Shown: positions 29,598 to 40,247, counted from the stretch's first letter. The stretch: DNA of 64,000 nt from Candidatus Eremiobacteria bacterium (GCA_963758295.1 CAVWUU010000001.1:576001-640000); one strand, 5' to 3'. The notes: a model not told the origin generated them from the sequence alone. Numbers and translations are program-made.

Positions 29598-30271
29598 GCG
29601 TTTTCCAATGAAGCCGGCATGACGAAACCGTCTTGCGGCGCAGTCCACGGCATGATTGTAACGATCGGCTTTTCTCGCGTGAAGCGCAGCGCGTTTTCGA
29701 CGTCGTCGAATGCGGCGAGGCGCTCGAGATGTTTGATCGTCGGATATACCAGATGCAATTGGTCGGCGCGGTATAATGCGAGCGCGACTGCCGGCTCGAT
29801 CCAGCGCTCGTCGTGCGTTTCGACTTGATCGGCACTCGCGACATGCACGTCGGCCGCCGGTGCAATGAAGAAATGCGTGTCGTACCGCCGGGGCTCGGTC
29901 GGAGGAGTGATCCAGTGCGAAAAGAGATGCATGCGCGTGGGATCGAGACCGATGCCGGCCTCTTCGGCAAGTTCGCGCACCGCCGCATGCACGAGTGCGC
30001 GTGCATCGCGTTCGCTCACGGGCGCTTCGTTCGCCGGAAGCTCCGCCGGGACGCTCGCACGAAATTCAGCCGCTAACCTAGCCGCACCCCACGCGGGCGG
30101 GCGCTCGTAGTCGATTGGGTCGACGGTGCCCCCGGGAAAAACGACGGCGTCGGGAGCAAAAGCGCTTCGCCCGCTTCGCCGGACCATTAGCACCTCGATG
30201 CCTTTCCCGGCGGCCGCCTGCCGGACCAGCATGACGGTGGACGCTAGGCGCACGGCGGAACCCGTTTCCAT
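29591..30271 (-). CDS. NUDIX hydrolase (NUDT19-like, interrupted Nudix box)
   Basis: VFPGG...AAVRELAEEAGI, HWITP, RRYDTHFF; coupled to the MBL gene. Confidence 0.88.
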   Translation of the reverse strand: METGSAVRLASTVMLVRQAAAGKGIEVLMVRRSGRSAFAPDAVVFPGGTVDPIDYERPPAWGAARLAAEFRASVPAELPANEAPVSERDARALVHAAVRELAEEAGIGLDPTRMHLFSHWITPPTEPRRYDTHFFIAPAADVHVASADQVETHDERWIEPAVALALYRADQLHLVYPTIKHLERLAAFDDVENALRFTREKPIVTIMPWTAPQDGFVMPASLENAW

Positions 30272-30290
30272 GGAGTCTCGTTCATTGAAT

Positions 30291-30716
30291 ATGAAACCGC
30301 GAGTTGTCGCCCTGGCTTTGGCCGTCCTCTTCACCGGTGCCGCACCGGCTCTCGCCCAAGAAACGCCGTCGCCAAGCCCGTCGCCGTCGACCGTGCCTTC
30401 GATGCCGCACGCCCTTCCCACGATTCCGCCCGGGGTGGGCAACGTCGTCGAGGGCATCGTGCAGCGGTTGGCCGGCGATGCCACCGCCGGTCTCGGAGTC
30501 GATCCGAATCACGTCCGCGGAACGGTCACGTTCTTCCGCCGCTTCGATTTGCAGTTGCGCATGCCGCTGAACCGTTACGAAGCCGTGCATCTGCATCAAG
30601 GCACGATCATCAATCCGCGGGGTGCATCGCTCTCCGAAGGACAGACGGTCGACGTGCAAGGCCATGTTAACGGCGACGGGTCCATCAACGCCGACGCGAT
30701 AACTATCGTCCATTAG
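30291..30716 (+). CDS. Hypothetical secreted protein
   Basis: Signal peptide ending ALA, SPSPSPS linker, small beta-rich domain. Confidence 0.7.
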   Translation: MKPRVVALALAVLFTGAAPALAQETPSPSPSPSTVPSMPHALPTIPPGVGNVVEGIVQRLAGDATAGLGVDPNHVRGTVTFFRRFDLQLRMPLNRYEAVHLHQGTIINPRGASLSEGQTVDVQGHVNGDGSINADAITIVH

Positions 30717-30744
30717 TGACGATCGAACCGCGGAGGTCCCGCCC

Positions 30745-31200
30745 GTGAGAATTGCGCTCGGAAGCGATATGCGCAGCGAATTGACGACGGAAGTGGAGCG
30801 CTTGCTGCGCGAGCGCGGGCACGATGTCGCCTTGCACGGTGCGCTCGACCCGAATGCCGATGACGCCTGGACCGCCGCGGCGCGTGCGGTCGCCGAGTCC
30901 GTTGCGAGCGGCGAATCGCAGTCTGGGATCGTGTGTTGCTGGACCGGAACGGGCGTCAGTATTGCGGCAAACAAAGTGGCCGGCGTCCGCGCGGCGCTTT
31001 GCGGTGACGCGGCTACGGCTGAGGGCGCGCGGACGTGGAATGACGCCAACGTGCTGTGCCTGAGCATTCGCGCAACGACGCCGGCCGTTGCGGGCGAGAT
31101 TCTGAACGGCTGGTTTCGCGGCACGCGCACGGTCGATGAAAAGTACGCCGCCATGATCGACGACTTGATTCAAAGCGATCGCGCGAAGAACGCAATCTGA
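30745..31200 (+). CDS. RpiB/LacA/LacB-family sugar-phosphate isomerase
   Basis: IALGSD, CWTGTGVSIAANKVAGVRAALC, WNDANVL; GGAGG RBS. Confidence 0.9.
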   Translation: MRIALGSDMRSELTTEVERLLRERGHDVALHGALDPNADDAWTAAARAVAESVASGESQSGIVCCWTGTGVSIAANKVAGVRAALCGDAATAEGARTWNDANVLCLSIRATTPAVAGEILNGWFRGTRTVDEKYAAMIDDLIQSDRAKNAI

Positions 31201-31271
31201 ATTCGGGCCTCCGCCGTTACGTGGGTCGGATAAGCTTCCCGCTCACGTAAATCGAAAGGCTTGAAAGAACG

Positions 31272-31898
31272 ATGATCACCCGTTGGATTTCGGCGATTAC
31301 CTGCGCCGCCACGCTTCTCGGTACCTCACTTCCCGCTTTTGCCGCCGATCAGATGTCCGGACTTAATCCCGACGCGCCGACCCGCTTTTCCGCGCCCGGC
31401 GTCTACACGGGGGCACCGGCATTGCCCGTGACCCTCTCGATGATCGAAGCCGGCGGCGGCCCTTCAAATTTCAGCACGTTGACCCTTGTTCACACGCTGG
31501 CCGGAGACAAGACCTCGGCCGAAGTCGCCTCACTCAAGAAACAGTTCGGCGATGAAAAAGTGGGCAATTTCGTCAAGGTCTTTGATTTCGTCGTCAGCGA
31601 TTCGCTGCGTATTGTGAAAGAGAAGAACGTTGCACTGCCGTCGACGCCCAGTCCGGATCCGAAAGACGGAAAAGCACTCGCCGCGGCACTATGGGGCGCG
31701 GGACAGACGCCCAAAGGGTTCAACGTCGAAGTGATGCTCGATCGCGCCGTCTCGCATCCGATTCACGATCAAGTTATGGACGACATCGACAAGAAGTATG
31801 GCGTTGCCGCGGACGCGGACTACCACGCGGTGCTCGCGCAGGCGATGAAAGACCTAGCGACTGTATACGAACTCAAGCCGTCGCCGATGGGCAAATAA
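31272..31898 (+). CDS. Hypothetical secreted helical protein
   Basis: Signal peptide ending AFA; followed by a terminator-like hairpin. Confidence 0.75.
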   Translation: MITRWISAITCAATLLGTSLPAFAADQMSGLNPDAPTRFSAPGVYTGAPALPVTLSMIEAGGGPSNFSTLTLVHTLAGDKTSAEVASLKKQFGDEKVGNFVKVFDFVVSDSLRIVKEKNVALPSTPSPDPKDGKALAAALWGAGQTPKGFNVEVMLDRAVSHPIHDQVMDDIDKKYGVAADADYHAVLAQAMKDLATVYELKPSPMGK

Positions 31899-31920
31899 GG
31901 TCCGTTCCAGAAAAAGCAGA

Positions 31921-31944
31921 AGGGCCGCGCACTCGCGCGGCCCT
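31921..31944. terminator. Hairpin between convergent genes (probable bidirectional terminator)
   Basis: AGGGCCGCGC-ACTC-GCGCGGCCCT, A-rich on the left and T-rich on the right. Confidence 0.7.
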
Positions 31945-32026
31945 GGTGTTTGTACTGCCGTCCAATGGTGGAGCAAAACCGAGCTGCTCCAACCGGAGAC
32001 AAGGGCGATAATACCAAAGTCGCGGC

Positions 32027-32431
32027 TCATATCCAATATGATATTTTTAGAAAGACCCAAAGTGTGCACGCCGCAAGCAGCCAGTTGATTGCGTGTGCAG
32101 TCCAGCAGTACGGGCAAGGCATTCTGGTAACACGGGCGAGCGAGTAGGCGAGAACCGCCGAAACGGCCGCTGCGAACGCGGAAGCCGCGACTAGGACGGC
32201 CCAACCCCAGGCCGCCGGGCCGGCCAGCCAGACGCCGGCCGCCATCGCCGGGTAGTAGATCGCCCCGATGGCCGCATTCGGGGTACCGCCGAATAGCCGC
32301 GCCCGCGGCGTTTCGACCACGCTCCGTTCCGTCAGCTCACCGCGTTCGGCTCGCCCGGTCTTCCTCAGCATGAAAAGGGAGACGTAGAGACCAACTCCGC
32401 AAAGAACCGTGATCACTAATCGAACGACCAA
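32027..32431 (-). CDS. Vitamin K epoxide reductase (VKOR) family membrane protein
   Basis: TTG start 5 nt after GGAGG; ARLFG.PN, 4 TM segments, CPYC...H..N. Confidence 0.8.
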   Translation of the reverse strand: MVVRLVITVLCGVGLYVSLFMLRKTGRAERGELTERSVVETPRARLFGGTPNAAIGAIYYPAMAAGVWLAGPAAWGWAVLVAASAFAAAVSAVLAYSLARVTRMPCPYCWTAHAINWLLAACTLWVFLKISYWI

Positions 32432-32443
32432 GCCTGCCTCCGC

Positions 32444-33073
32444 TTGAACCAAATCGTTAAACGCCTCGGGGCCCTCGCAATGCTCGCCGTGTCTTTTACG
32501 CTGGCGGCGCTTGTCATTAAATTCCAGCCCCAGGTGGAGCACATGATTCGCACCATCGGGCCGTGGGCGTATCCGCTCGCGGTCTTGGTGTTCACGATCG
32601 TAGCCTCCGCCCCGTTTTCCGTAACGGACGCGTTAGCAATTATGAATGGAGCGATTTTCGGGCCGGTCAACGGCTCGATAGTAAACGCGGTTGGACTCGT
32701 GCTGGCAGCTTTGAGCGGATACTGGATCAACCGCCACGCCACGCATTTACTGGACTTGCCGGCGTATTTGGAACGGCTGCCGTCGTGGGTGAAGCGTTTC
32801 CGGGTGGGATCGCCGCCCTTTCTGCTAGCGGTTCGCATCATCCCGGGGTTTGGAGGAACCGTCGCAACTGCAACCGCGGCGGCCTTTCGCGTCCCCGTCT
32901 GGGTTCACGTGTGGACGATGTGCGCGATCGCGATCCCGGTCTGCACGCTGCTCGCCATCTTCGGCGACCGCGTGACCGTCGCCGTGCACTCGTACGAACA
33001 CCGCGTCCACGTTTATTGGGAACACCACCACCTTCACTTGCATCGTCATCCGAAAGTGACACCTACACCGTGA
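32444..33073 (+). CDS. DedA/VTT (TVP38/TMEM64) family membrane protein with His-rich tail
   Basis: GAIFGP..G, RIIPG motifs; C-terminal HRVH..EHHHLHLHRH. Confidence 0.78.
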   Translation: MNQIVKRLGALAMLAVSFTLAALVIKFQPQVEHMIRTIGPWAYPLAVLVFTIVASAPFSVTDALAIMNGAIFGPVNGSIVNAVGLVLAALSGYWINRHATHLLDLPAYLERLPSWVKRFRVGSPPFLLAVRIIPGFGGTVATATAAAFRVPVWVHVWTMCAIAIPVCTLLAIFGDRVTVAVHSYEHRVHVYWEHHHLHLHRHPKVTPTP

Positions 33074-34257
33074 CCTTATCGACTCAAGACGTTCCGATGA
33101 TTGAAAATGCCGACGGGCTCGAAACGCTTTGTGCACGCGTGCGCTCGGCGCCGCGCGTGGCGATCGATACGGAATTCCACGCGGAGCGCACGTATGCGCC
33201 GCGTTTGATGGTGGTTCAGCTTGCGTTTGATGACGGCGCCGTAATCGTCGATCCGCTTGCGATTCCGGATTTGCGCCCGCTGCTTGGCGCTTTCGATGCA
33301 ACAACGGTGGTCGGACATGCGCTTTCGTCTGATTTGAAAATTTTCGCCGAGCGCTTCGACATGGTGCCGCCGAAGGTTTTCGACAGCCAAGTGGCGGCGG
33401 CGTTTCTCGGCTACGGCATGCAGATTTCACTGGCCGATCTCGTCCGCGATCTCGAAGGCGTGCGGCTCGCGAAGACGCAAACGGTCAGCGATTGGTCCAC
33501 GCGCCCGTTCAGCGCGCGCCAGATCGAGTATCTCGTTGACGACGTCGTGCATCTTTTGCCGATGTACGACAAACTGGTCGATCGGCTGAAGAATGCCGGG
33601 CGTTTGGAGTGGGCACTCGAGGAGTGCGCGTTGCAGGGCGATATCGAGCGGTATCGCGCCGACGAACGCCGGGCGTATCTCCGCATTCCCGGCGCCATGC
33701 GGATGAACCGGCGCGAGCTTGCCGTGCTTAGTGAAATCGTGAAGCTGCGCGACCGCATCGCGCGCGATCGCGACCTTCCGGTGAAGTACGTGATGCCCGA
33801 CGACGTCGTCTCCGGCCTTGCAACGCTCAAGCCGAAAGCGACCGGCGATTTGGAGCAGCTGCGGCGCTTGGATGCAGGCGCTCGGCGGCAATTGGGTACG
33901 TCGATCGTCGAGGCGGTGGCGCGCGCAATGGCGCTCCCCGACGAGGAGTTACCGCAGCGGCCGCAGCGGCCGTTGGGCCAGAACCGCGACACGCTGGCGT
34001 CGTTGATGGGCGTCGTCGTGGGCGAAATTGCCCGCATGAACGATTTGCCGCAAAGTTTGCTTGTGCCGCGCAATACGCTTGAACGCATCGCGCGCGAAGC
34101 TCCGCGCGACCGGCAGACCTTCGATGAAGCGCTGGACGTCTCGCCGTGGCGGCGTGAATTGGTTGGCGATCCGTTGTGGCGACTTTTGTCGGGCAGCTTG
34201 CATTTGCAAATCGAAGGCTACGCGCAAGGCGATCCCAAAATACGCCTATCGCCATGA
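33070..34257 (+). CDS. rnd: Ribonuclease D
   Basis: [30 protein letters not shown] region. Confidence 0.9.
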   Translation: MTLSTQDVPMIENADGLETLCARVRSAPRVAIDTEFHAERTYAPRLMVVQLAFDDGAVIVDPLAIPDLRPLLGAFDATTVVGHALSSDLKIFAERFDMVPPKVFDSQVAAAFLGYGMQISLADLVRDLEGVRLAKTQTVSDWSTRPFSARQIEYLVDDVVHLLPMYDKLVDRLKNAGRLEWALEECALQGDIERYRADERRAYLRIPGAMRMNRRELAVLSEIVKLRDRIARDRDLPVKYVMPDDVVSGLATLKPKATGDLEQLRRLDAGARRQLGTSIVEAVARAMALPDEELPQRPQRPLGQNRDTLASLMGVVVGEIARMNDLPQSLLVPRNTLERIAREAPRDRQTFDEALDVSPWRRELVGDPLWRLLSGSLHLQIEGYAQGDPKIRLSP

Positions 34258-37001
34258 ATCAGCACGCGAATAGTTTCAACGCGGTCGACACGCTAGCCGT
34301 CGGCGATCGTTCTTACAAGTATTTCCGTCTCGACGCCCTAGAGCGGGCCGGCCTCACGAAGCTCAGCCGCCTGCCGTATAGCTTGAAGATTCTGCTTGAG
34401 AATCTGTTGCGTTCCGAAGACGGCCGTTCGGTCACGAAGACCGATGTTGAAGCACTTGCGCGCTGGAGCCCACGCGAAGCCTCCGACAAAGAAATCGCGT
34501 TCCGTCCGGCTCGCGTGCTGCTACAAGATTTCACGGGCGTTCCGTGCGTCGTCGATCTCGCTGCAATGCGCGACGCGATGGCCAAAATGGGCGGCGAAGC
34601 AAAAGCAATCAATCCGCTGCAACCCGTCGAACTTGTCGTCGACCATTCCGTGCAAATCGATTACTTCGGCAACAACGATGCGTTTCAGAAGAACGCCGAC
34701 CTCGAGTTCGAACGCAATCGCGAACGCTACGCGTTCTTGAAGTGGGGACAATCCGCACTAGACGGCTTCCGCGCCGTTCCGCCTGACACGGGCATCGTTC
34801 ACCAAGTAAATATCGAGTATCTTGCGCGCGTCATCTTCGGCGCCGGCGGCGCCGGCATTGCCTTTGACGACAAGAACGCGACGGCATATCCCGACACGGC
34901 GGTTGGCACCGATTCGCATACGACCATGGTCAACGGCGTTGGCGTGCTCGCGTGGGGCGTCGGCGGCATCGAGGCCGAAGCGGCCATGCTCGGCCAACCG
35001 GTAACGATGCTTATTCCCGAAGTCGTCGGCTTCCGTCTCGAAGGCAAACTGCGCGAAGGCGTTACCGCGACCGACCTCGTGCTGAAGATCACCGAAATCC
35101 TGCGGAAGAAGGGCGTCGTCGGCAAGTTCGTCGAGTTCTTCGGCAAGGGGCTCTCGCAGCTGCCGGTAGCAGATCGCACGACCATCGGCAACATGTCGCC
35201 GGAATTCGGATCGACGTGCGCAATCTTCCCCATCGACGATCGCACGCTGGAATATCTGCGCCTTACCGGCCGCGGCGCCGAACACATCGCGCTTGTCGAG
35301 CAGTACGCGCGGGCGCAAAGCCTTTTCCGCACCGACGACACGCCTGATGCGGAGTATTCTGATGTTCTCACGCTCGACCTCAGCGAAGTGGAACCCAATG
35401 TCGCGGGTCCGCGACGTCCGCAAGACCGCGTTTCGCTCAAAGACGTGAAGACGTCGTTCAACGCCGCGATGCAAGAATGGATGGGTGCTCGCGAAGGATC
35501 AAACGGTGCAGTTTCACGCTTCCAAGATGAAGGCGGCGGTCAAACCGCAACGGTTGCATTGACGGAAAAAGACGTTTCCGACGGCGCTGTCGTTATCGCT
35601 TCGATCACCAGCTGTACGAACACGTCGAATCCGTCCGTCCTTATCGGCGCAGGATTGCTCGCGCGCAACGCGGTCGCTCGCGGCCTAAAATCGAAGCCGT
35701 GGGTGAAGACGTCGCTCGCTCCGGGTTCCAAAGTCGTCAAAGATTATCTCGCCAAAGCGGGACTGCAAGATTCGCTCGATTCCCTCGGTTTCAACATCGT
35801 CGGCTACGGCTGCACGACCTGCATCGGCAACTCAGGGCCGCTTCCGGCCGATGTTTCGGAAACCGTTGCCGAACAGGATCTGATTGTCGCGGCGGTGCTC
35901 TCCGGCAATCGCAATTTCGAAGGCCGCATCCATCCGCAAGTTCGTGCCAACTACTTGGCGTCGCCGCCACTCGTCGTCGCCTATGCGCTGTGCGGACGCA
36001 TGGATCTCGATCTCACGACCGAGCCGCTCGGAACGGGCAGTGACGGTCAACCAGTGTATCTCAAGGACATCTGGCCGAGCAACGACGAGATCGCGAAGAC
36101 CGTCACCGAATGCGTCAACGACCAGATGTTCAAGGCGCGTTATTCCGACGTATTCAAGGGCGACGACAATTGGGCGAAGCTCAACGTCGCCAAGAGCGAG
36201 CGTTTCGACTGGGATCCGAAATCGGAATACGTCAAGCATCCGCCGTACTTTGAAAACATGCCGGAAGAGCCGGCCGCGCTAGCCGACATCAAGAACGCGC
36301 GTGCGCTTGCCGTCCTCGGTGATTCCGTAACGACCGATCACATTTCACCCGCCGGCAATATTGCGAAGTCGTCGCCCGCTGCGAAATATCTGATGGAACG
36401 CGGCATCGAACCGAAGGACTTCAACTCCTACGGTGCGCGGCGCGGCAACCATGAAGTCATGGTTCGCGGCACGTTCGCAAACGTGCGCCTGCGCAATCAC
36501 CTGGTACCGGGCGTCGAAGGCGGCGTTACGCGTCACTTGCCGACGAACGAAAAGATGTCGATCTTCGATGCTTCAACGAAGTATCAAGCCGAAGGAGCGC
36601 CGCTGATCGTTCTCGCCGGAAAAGAATACGGATCAGGTTCGTCGCGCGACTGGGCCGCCAAGGGTCCGTATCTTCTCGGCATTAAGGCCGTGATTGCGGA
36701 ATCGTTCGAACGCATTCACCGCAGCAACTTGATCGGCATGGGCATTCTGCCATTGCAGTTCATGGACGGCGCCGATCGTTCGACGTACGCGTTGACCGGT
36801 GAAGAGCTCTTCGACATCACGGGCATTGAAGGCGGTATCACGCCACGCATGCACGCGACGGTGAAAGCGACTGACGTTAAGACCGGTAAGGCACTGCAGT
36901 TCAAGGCGCTCGTGCGCATCGATACGCCGGACGAAGCCGAGTACTACCGCCACGGCGGAATCCTCCAATACGTGCTGCGTCAACTCCGCAAGAAAGCTTA
37001 A
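34254..37001 (+). CDS. acnA: Aconitate hydratase A
   Basis: [57 protein letters not shown]. Confidence 0.97.
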   Translation: MNQHANSFNAVDTLAVGDRSYKYFRLDALERAGLTKLSRLPYSLKILLENLLRSEDGRSVTKTDVEALARWSPREASDKEIAFRPARVLLQDFTGVPCVVDLAAMRDAMAKMGGEAKAINPLQPVELVVDHSVQIDYFGNNDAFQKNADLEFERNRERYAFLKWGQSALDGFRAVPPDTGIVHQVNIEYLARVIFGAGGAGIAFDDKNATAYPDTAVGTDSHTTMVNGVGVLAWGVGGIEAEAAMLGQPVTMLIPEVVGFRLEGKLREGVTATDLVLKITEILRKKGVVGKFVEFFGKGLSQLPVADRTTIGNMSPEFGSTCAIFPIDDRTLEYLRLTGRGAEHIALVEQYARAQSLFRTDDTPDAEYSDVLTLDLSEVEPNVAGPRRPQDRVSLKDVKTSFNAAMQEWMGAREGSNGAVSRFQDEGGGQTATVALTEKDVSDGAVVIASITSCTNTSNPSVLIGAGLLARNAVARGLKSKPWVKTSLAPGSKVVKDYLAKAGLQDSLDSLGFNIVGYGCTTCIGNSGPLPADVSETVAEQDLIVAAVLSGNRNFEGRIHPQVRANYLASPPLVVAYALCGRMDLDLTTEPLGTGSDGQPVYLKDIWPSNDEIAKTVTECVNDQMFKARYSDVFKGDDNWAKLNVAKSERFDWDPKSEYVKHPPYFENMPEEPAALADIKNARALAVLGDSVTTDHISPAGNIAKSSPAAKYLMERGIEPKDFNSYGARRGNHEVMVRGTFANVRLRNHLVPGVEGGVTRHLPTNEKMSIFDASTKYQAEGAPLIVLAGKEYGSGSSRDWAAKGPYLLGIKAVIAESFERIHRSNLIGMGILPLQFMDGADRSTYALTGEELFDITGIEGGITPRMHATVKATDVKTGKALQFKALVRIDTPDEAEYYRHGGILQYVLRQLRKKA

Positions 37002-37017
37002 CGCCGCCTCACCATGC

Positions 37018-37048
37018 AGGCTGGGCCACTGACGTGGCCCAACGCCTG
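37018..37048 (+). terminator. Hairpin after acnA
   Basis: TGGGCCAC-TGAC-GTGGCCCA core with flanking AGGC/GCCT; weak U-tract. Confidence 0.5.
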
Positions 37049-37079
37049 TTGATCAGGATGACGCTTCGGACAACGCGAC

Positions 37080-37766
37080 ATGGTGACGAGTATGCATAAA
37101 GAGACGATGCGGGACGAGCGACTGGTGCATCGCATCGAAGCGTTTTCCGATTTGGTAATGGGATTTAGTCTTGCTTTGTTGGCCGTGACGCTTGTTGTCC
37201 CGGAGCACGCAAGAGACTTGTTCGCTCATCCGTTTTGGCTGGCGACGTATTTTTGGACGTTCGGGGTCATCGCTTCGATTTGGTTCAACCACCAGCGCCT
37301 TTTTTCGCTCTATTTTCAGCCCACCCGGCTTTCGATTTTTCTGAATTTCGTGCTGTTGTCGATGCTCGGCTTGATTGTCTTCTTCGTCCAAGCCTTCGGA
37401 AGACTCCACGTCGACGAAGAGCGGGCGGTTACGTTCGTAGCGTACTTTGTAACACTTGGCGTCGCCGTATTGATCCTGGGCGTGCTTTACGTGGTGGGAA
37501 TCTATTGGCGCCACGCGCATCTAAGCGAAAAGGAACGGCACGACGGCATTCGTTACGGCCTTCGCGGCCTGATTGTAGGCGCAATGCTGCTGGTCGGCTC
37601 GTTTTTTGCGGCGCATGTTGGGGGTTCGCCGTCGATGAACGCAAGCTATCCGCTTCTGATAGCCGCGGCCATTGCGGCCGTTGCTAACCGGCTGATCTTC
37701 TCTCGTTTCAAGGAACGGATAGACGCGTTCTTTTGCCGAAACACGCCGGCCGACCATCATGCTTGA
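37080..37766 (+). CDS. TMEM175 (DUF1211) family channel protein
   Basis: RIEAFSD signature, W..H..LF, LN..LL, about 6 TM segments. Confidence 0.82.
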   Translation: MVTSMHKETMRDERLVHRIEAFSDLVMGFSLALLAVTLVVPEHARDLFAHPFWLATYFWTFGVIASIWFNHQRLFSLYFQPTRLSIFLNFVLLSMLGLIVFFVQAFGRLHVDEERAVTFVAYFVTLGVAVLILGVLYVVGIYWRHAHLSEKERHDGIRYGLRGLIVGAMLLVGSFFAAHVGGSPSMNASYPLLIAAAIAAVANRLIFSRFKERIDAFFCRNTPADHHA

Positions 37767-38898
37767 ACCGGAGGACCATGCGCGTTTAGACGCGCTGTAC
37801 GAACGGATGAGCGCAGCGAATGGCGTTTCGCTAGGCTATCCGTCAGCCAAAGACTTCGATTACGACGCACTCGAACGCTTTCTTGAATTTCCCGTAAACA
37901 ATGTCGGCGATCCGTTTGCGGATGGAACGTATCGCGTTGAAACCCGAGAGTTCGAACGCGAAGTCGTGGAGTTTTTCGCGGACATCTACCGGGCGCCGCA
38001 AGACGATTGGTGGGGATACGTAACGAACGGCGGCACCGAGGGTAACCTGTACGGGCTTTACCTTGCGCGTGAACTGCTGCCCAACGGCATGGTTTATTAT
38101 TCGGAGCAAACGCACTATAGCGTTGCCAAGAATCTCCATTTTCTCAACATGCGGCACATTACGATCCGCTCGCAACCGAGCGGCGAGATCGATTACGAGG
38201 ATCTTCGCGAGACCCTGAAGATCCATCGCGACGTTCCGCCGATCATCTTTGCGAATATAGGCACCACGATGACGGAAGCCCGGGACGACGTCGGCCGCAT
38301 CATTGAAATCATGGACAGCCTCGCCATCCGCCAGCGCTACGTGCATTCGGATGCAGCCCTCTCCGGTGCCTACGCGGCGTTCCTGAATCCGCGCCCGTCG
38401 TACGATTTTGCCGACGGTGCGGACTCGATTGCGGTTAGCGGGCACAAATTTTTAGGGGCGCCGATTCCGTGCGGCGTGGTCGTCGCCCGCAAGCACAACG
38501 TGCAGCGTATCGCTCGCGCAATCGACTACATCGGCAATTTGGACACTACGATTAGCGGGTCGCGTAACGGCGTAACGCCGCTTATGCTGTGGTATCGCCT
38601 CCGAGAACTCGGTGTGAACGGCGTGAAGCGCCGCCTGGAACACTCGTTGGCGCTCGCCGAATATTTGGAAACCAAGCTGCGTGACGCGGGAATCGAAGCG
38701 TGGCGTAATCCCAATGCGATCACCGTCGTGTTTGCCCGCGTGAACGAAGCGATTCGGGCCAAGTGGCAGATCGCGACCGCCGGCTCGATCTCGCATGCGA
38801 TCGTCCTACCGAACGTTACGCGCGAACAGATCCGCGCATTTATCGACGACATGGCCGCCGAACGAAAGAAGGAAGCCGCGTGCGAAATATCCGGGTAA
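37759..38898 (+). CDS. hdc: PLP-dependent histidine decarboxylase (group II; serine decarboxylase not excluded)
   Basis: LGYP, NNVGDP, GYVTNGGTEGNLYGLYLARE, THYSV, ANIGTT, HSDAAL, SGHK, ISGSRNG. Confidence 0.85.
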   Translation: MLEPEDHARLDALYERMSAANGVSLGYPSAKDFDYDALERFLEFPVNNVGDPFADGTYRVETREFEREVVEFFADIYRAPQDDWWGYVTNGGTEGNLYGLYLARELLPNGMVYYSEQTHYSVAKNLHFLNMRHITIRSQPSGEIDYEDLRETLKIHRDVPPIIFANIGTTMTEARDDVGRIIEIMDSLAIRQRYVHSDAALSGAYAAFLNPRPSYDFADGADSIAVSGHKFLGAPIPCGVVVARKHNVQRIARAIDYIGNLDTTISGSRNGVTPLMLWYRLRELGVNGVKRRLEHSLALAEYLETKLRDAGIEAWRNPNAITVVFARVNEAIRAKWQIATAGSISHAIVLPNVTREQIRAFIDDMAAERKKEAACEISG

Positions 38899-39269
38899 TC
38901 GTTCCGAATCGCCCAGGCCTATTGGCCGAACTAACGGAGCTTCTCGCCGCACATGCCATCAGCATCGAGCGAATCGTCGTCGAAACGCACGGAAACGGCG
39001 CGCTGGTGCGAATGGCGGTTGAACGCGAAGACGAAGCGTTGAAGATTCTCACCGACTCGGGATACGAATCGGTTTCCGACGACGTGCTGCTCGCACGTAT
39101 CGACGATCAGCCCGGCGCGCTTGCCCGGCTTTCCCGCCTCCTCGGCGATGCGAATTTGAATATTCGATCCATGCATCACGTGCGCCGTGAAGATGGCGAA
39201 GCGCTCGTTGCAATCAGTACCGACGACAACGAACGCGCCCGTTCGCTTATTGGGTCCGCGGCTCTCTAG
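38880..39269 (+). CDS. Tandem ACT-domain protein
   Basis: PNRPGLLAEL and DDQPGALARL..L.DANLNI repeats; GTG overlaps the end of hdc. Confidence 0.85.
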   Translation: MRNIRVIVPNRPGLLAELTELLAAHAISIERIVVETHGNGALVRMAVEREDEALKILTDSGYESVSDDVLLARIDDQPGALARLSRLLGDANLNIRSMHHVRREDGEALVAISTDDNERARSLIGSAAL

Positions 39270-39383
39270 ACGTTTCGCAAGCGCCCACAGTGCTTGAAAC
39301 CGCAAATGAGCCGCGAAGTCTTGTTCGCTGCGATGGCGGCTATGCTGAGCGCGTAGCGAAGGATTTACTTCATAGCAGCGGCC

Positions 39384-39794
39384 CTACGGCGCGGTGATCA
39401 TCCACTCGATGCCGAACTTGTCGGCAATCATCCCGAAGCGTCCGCCCCAAAACGCGTCTGCAAGCGGCATCTTTACTTCGCCCCCTTGCGAGAGTGCTTG
39501 GAACACGCGATCCGCTTCGCCCTTATCTTCGAAGCCAAGCGAGAGCGAAATGTTGCCCTCGTCAGGATCGACCGCTTTTTCGTCGCGGCCGTCGGAGGCC
39601 ATGAAGGCGAAGCCCGGGCCTTTGAACGACGCGTGCATCACTTTATTGCCGGCTTCCGGAGCAACCGGCATGTCGGGCATAGGCGGCGCATCCTTCATCC
39701 GCGTGATTTCGAACGTTCCGCCCAACGCGCTCTTGTAGAATTCCAATGCTTCTTCGCAGCGGCCGTAAAAGAAGATGTAGGGTTCCAGTTGCAT
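39384..39794 (-). CDS. VOC family protein (PhnB-like)
   Basis: PYIFF.GRCEEALEFY, VMHA, FWGGRFGMIADKFGIEW. Confidence 0.9.
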   Translation of the reverse strand: MQLEPYIFFYGRCEEALEFYKSALGGTFEITRMKDAPPMPDMPVAPEAGNKVMHASFKGPGFAFMASDGRDEKAVDPDEGNISLSLGFEDKGEADRVFQALSQGGEVKMPLADAFWGGRFGMIADKFGIEWMITAP

Positions 39795-39819
39795 CTCAAG
39801 GTCCTTTTTAGAGAAAGAG

Positions 39820-40188
39820 TTACTTGCGGCGGTGGAGAGCAAAATTATTGCCTTCGCTATCGTCGCACCACGCCATATTGCAAACCGGTGTTTCGGTGAC
39901 GTCGCCGTGGACCGTGATGCCGGCGTCGCGCAGGGTTTTGGCGGCCGCGTAAACATCGCCGACCGCAAACATTGCGCCACCAGTGGGATACCATTGGTCG
40001 CCGGGAAGTTTCGCTAAGGCAAACGTGGCGCCGTCGGGCAGTTCGAATTCGACCCAGTTGTCTCCCTCGGTTGAAGCTTGTAAACCCAACGTATTTTCAT
40101 AGAAACGCCTTGCGCGGGCAAAGTCCTTAGCTAAGTAACACACGCAATCGATGCCCGTAGCAACGATCGGTGCCGTTCCGGTAGGCAT
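39820..40188 (-). CDS. VOC/glyoxalase family protein
   Basis: ARRFYENTLGL, WVEF, FAVGDV, DSEGN. Confidence 0.85.
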   Translation of the reverse strand: MPTGTAPIVATGIDCVCYLAKDFARARRFYENTLGLQASTEGDNWVEFELPDGATFALAKLPGDQWYPTGGAMFAVGDVYAAAKTLRDAGITVHGDVTETPVCNMAWCDDSEGNNFALHRRK

Positions 40189-40247
40189 AGCGCATTCATC
40201 CTCTCGATTGTGAGTTTGGCTATGTATCAAATCTAAACCATAATAGT

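Noticed and set aside
32563..33069. Long N-terminal extension of RNase D in the ORF track
   Set aside because: Overlaps the DedA gene in another frame; RNase D similarity starts near 33070-33098
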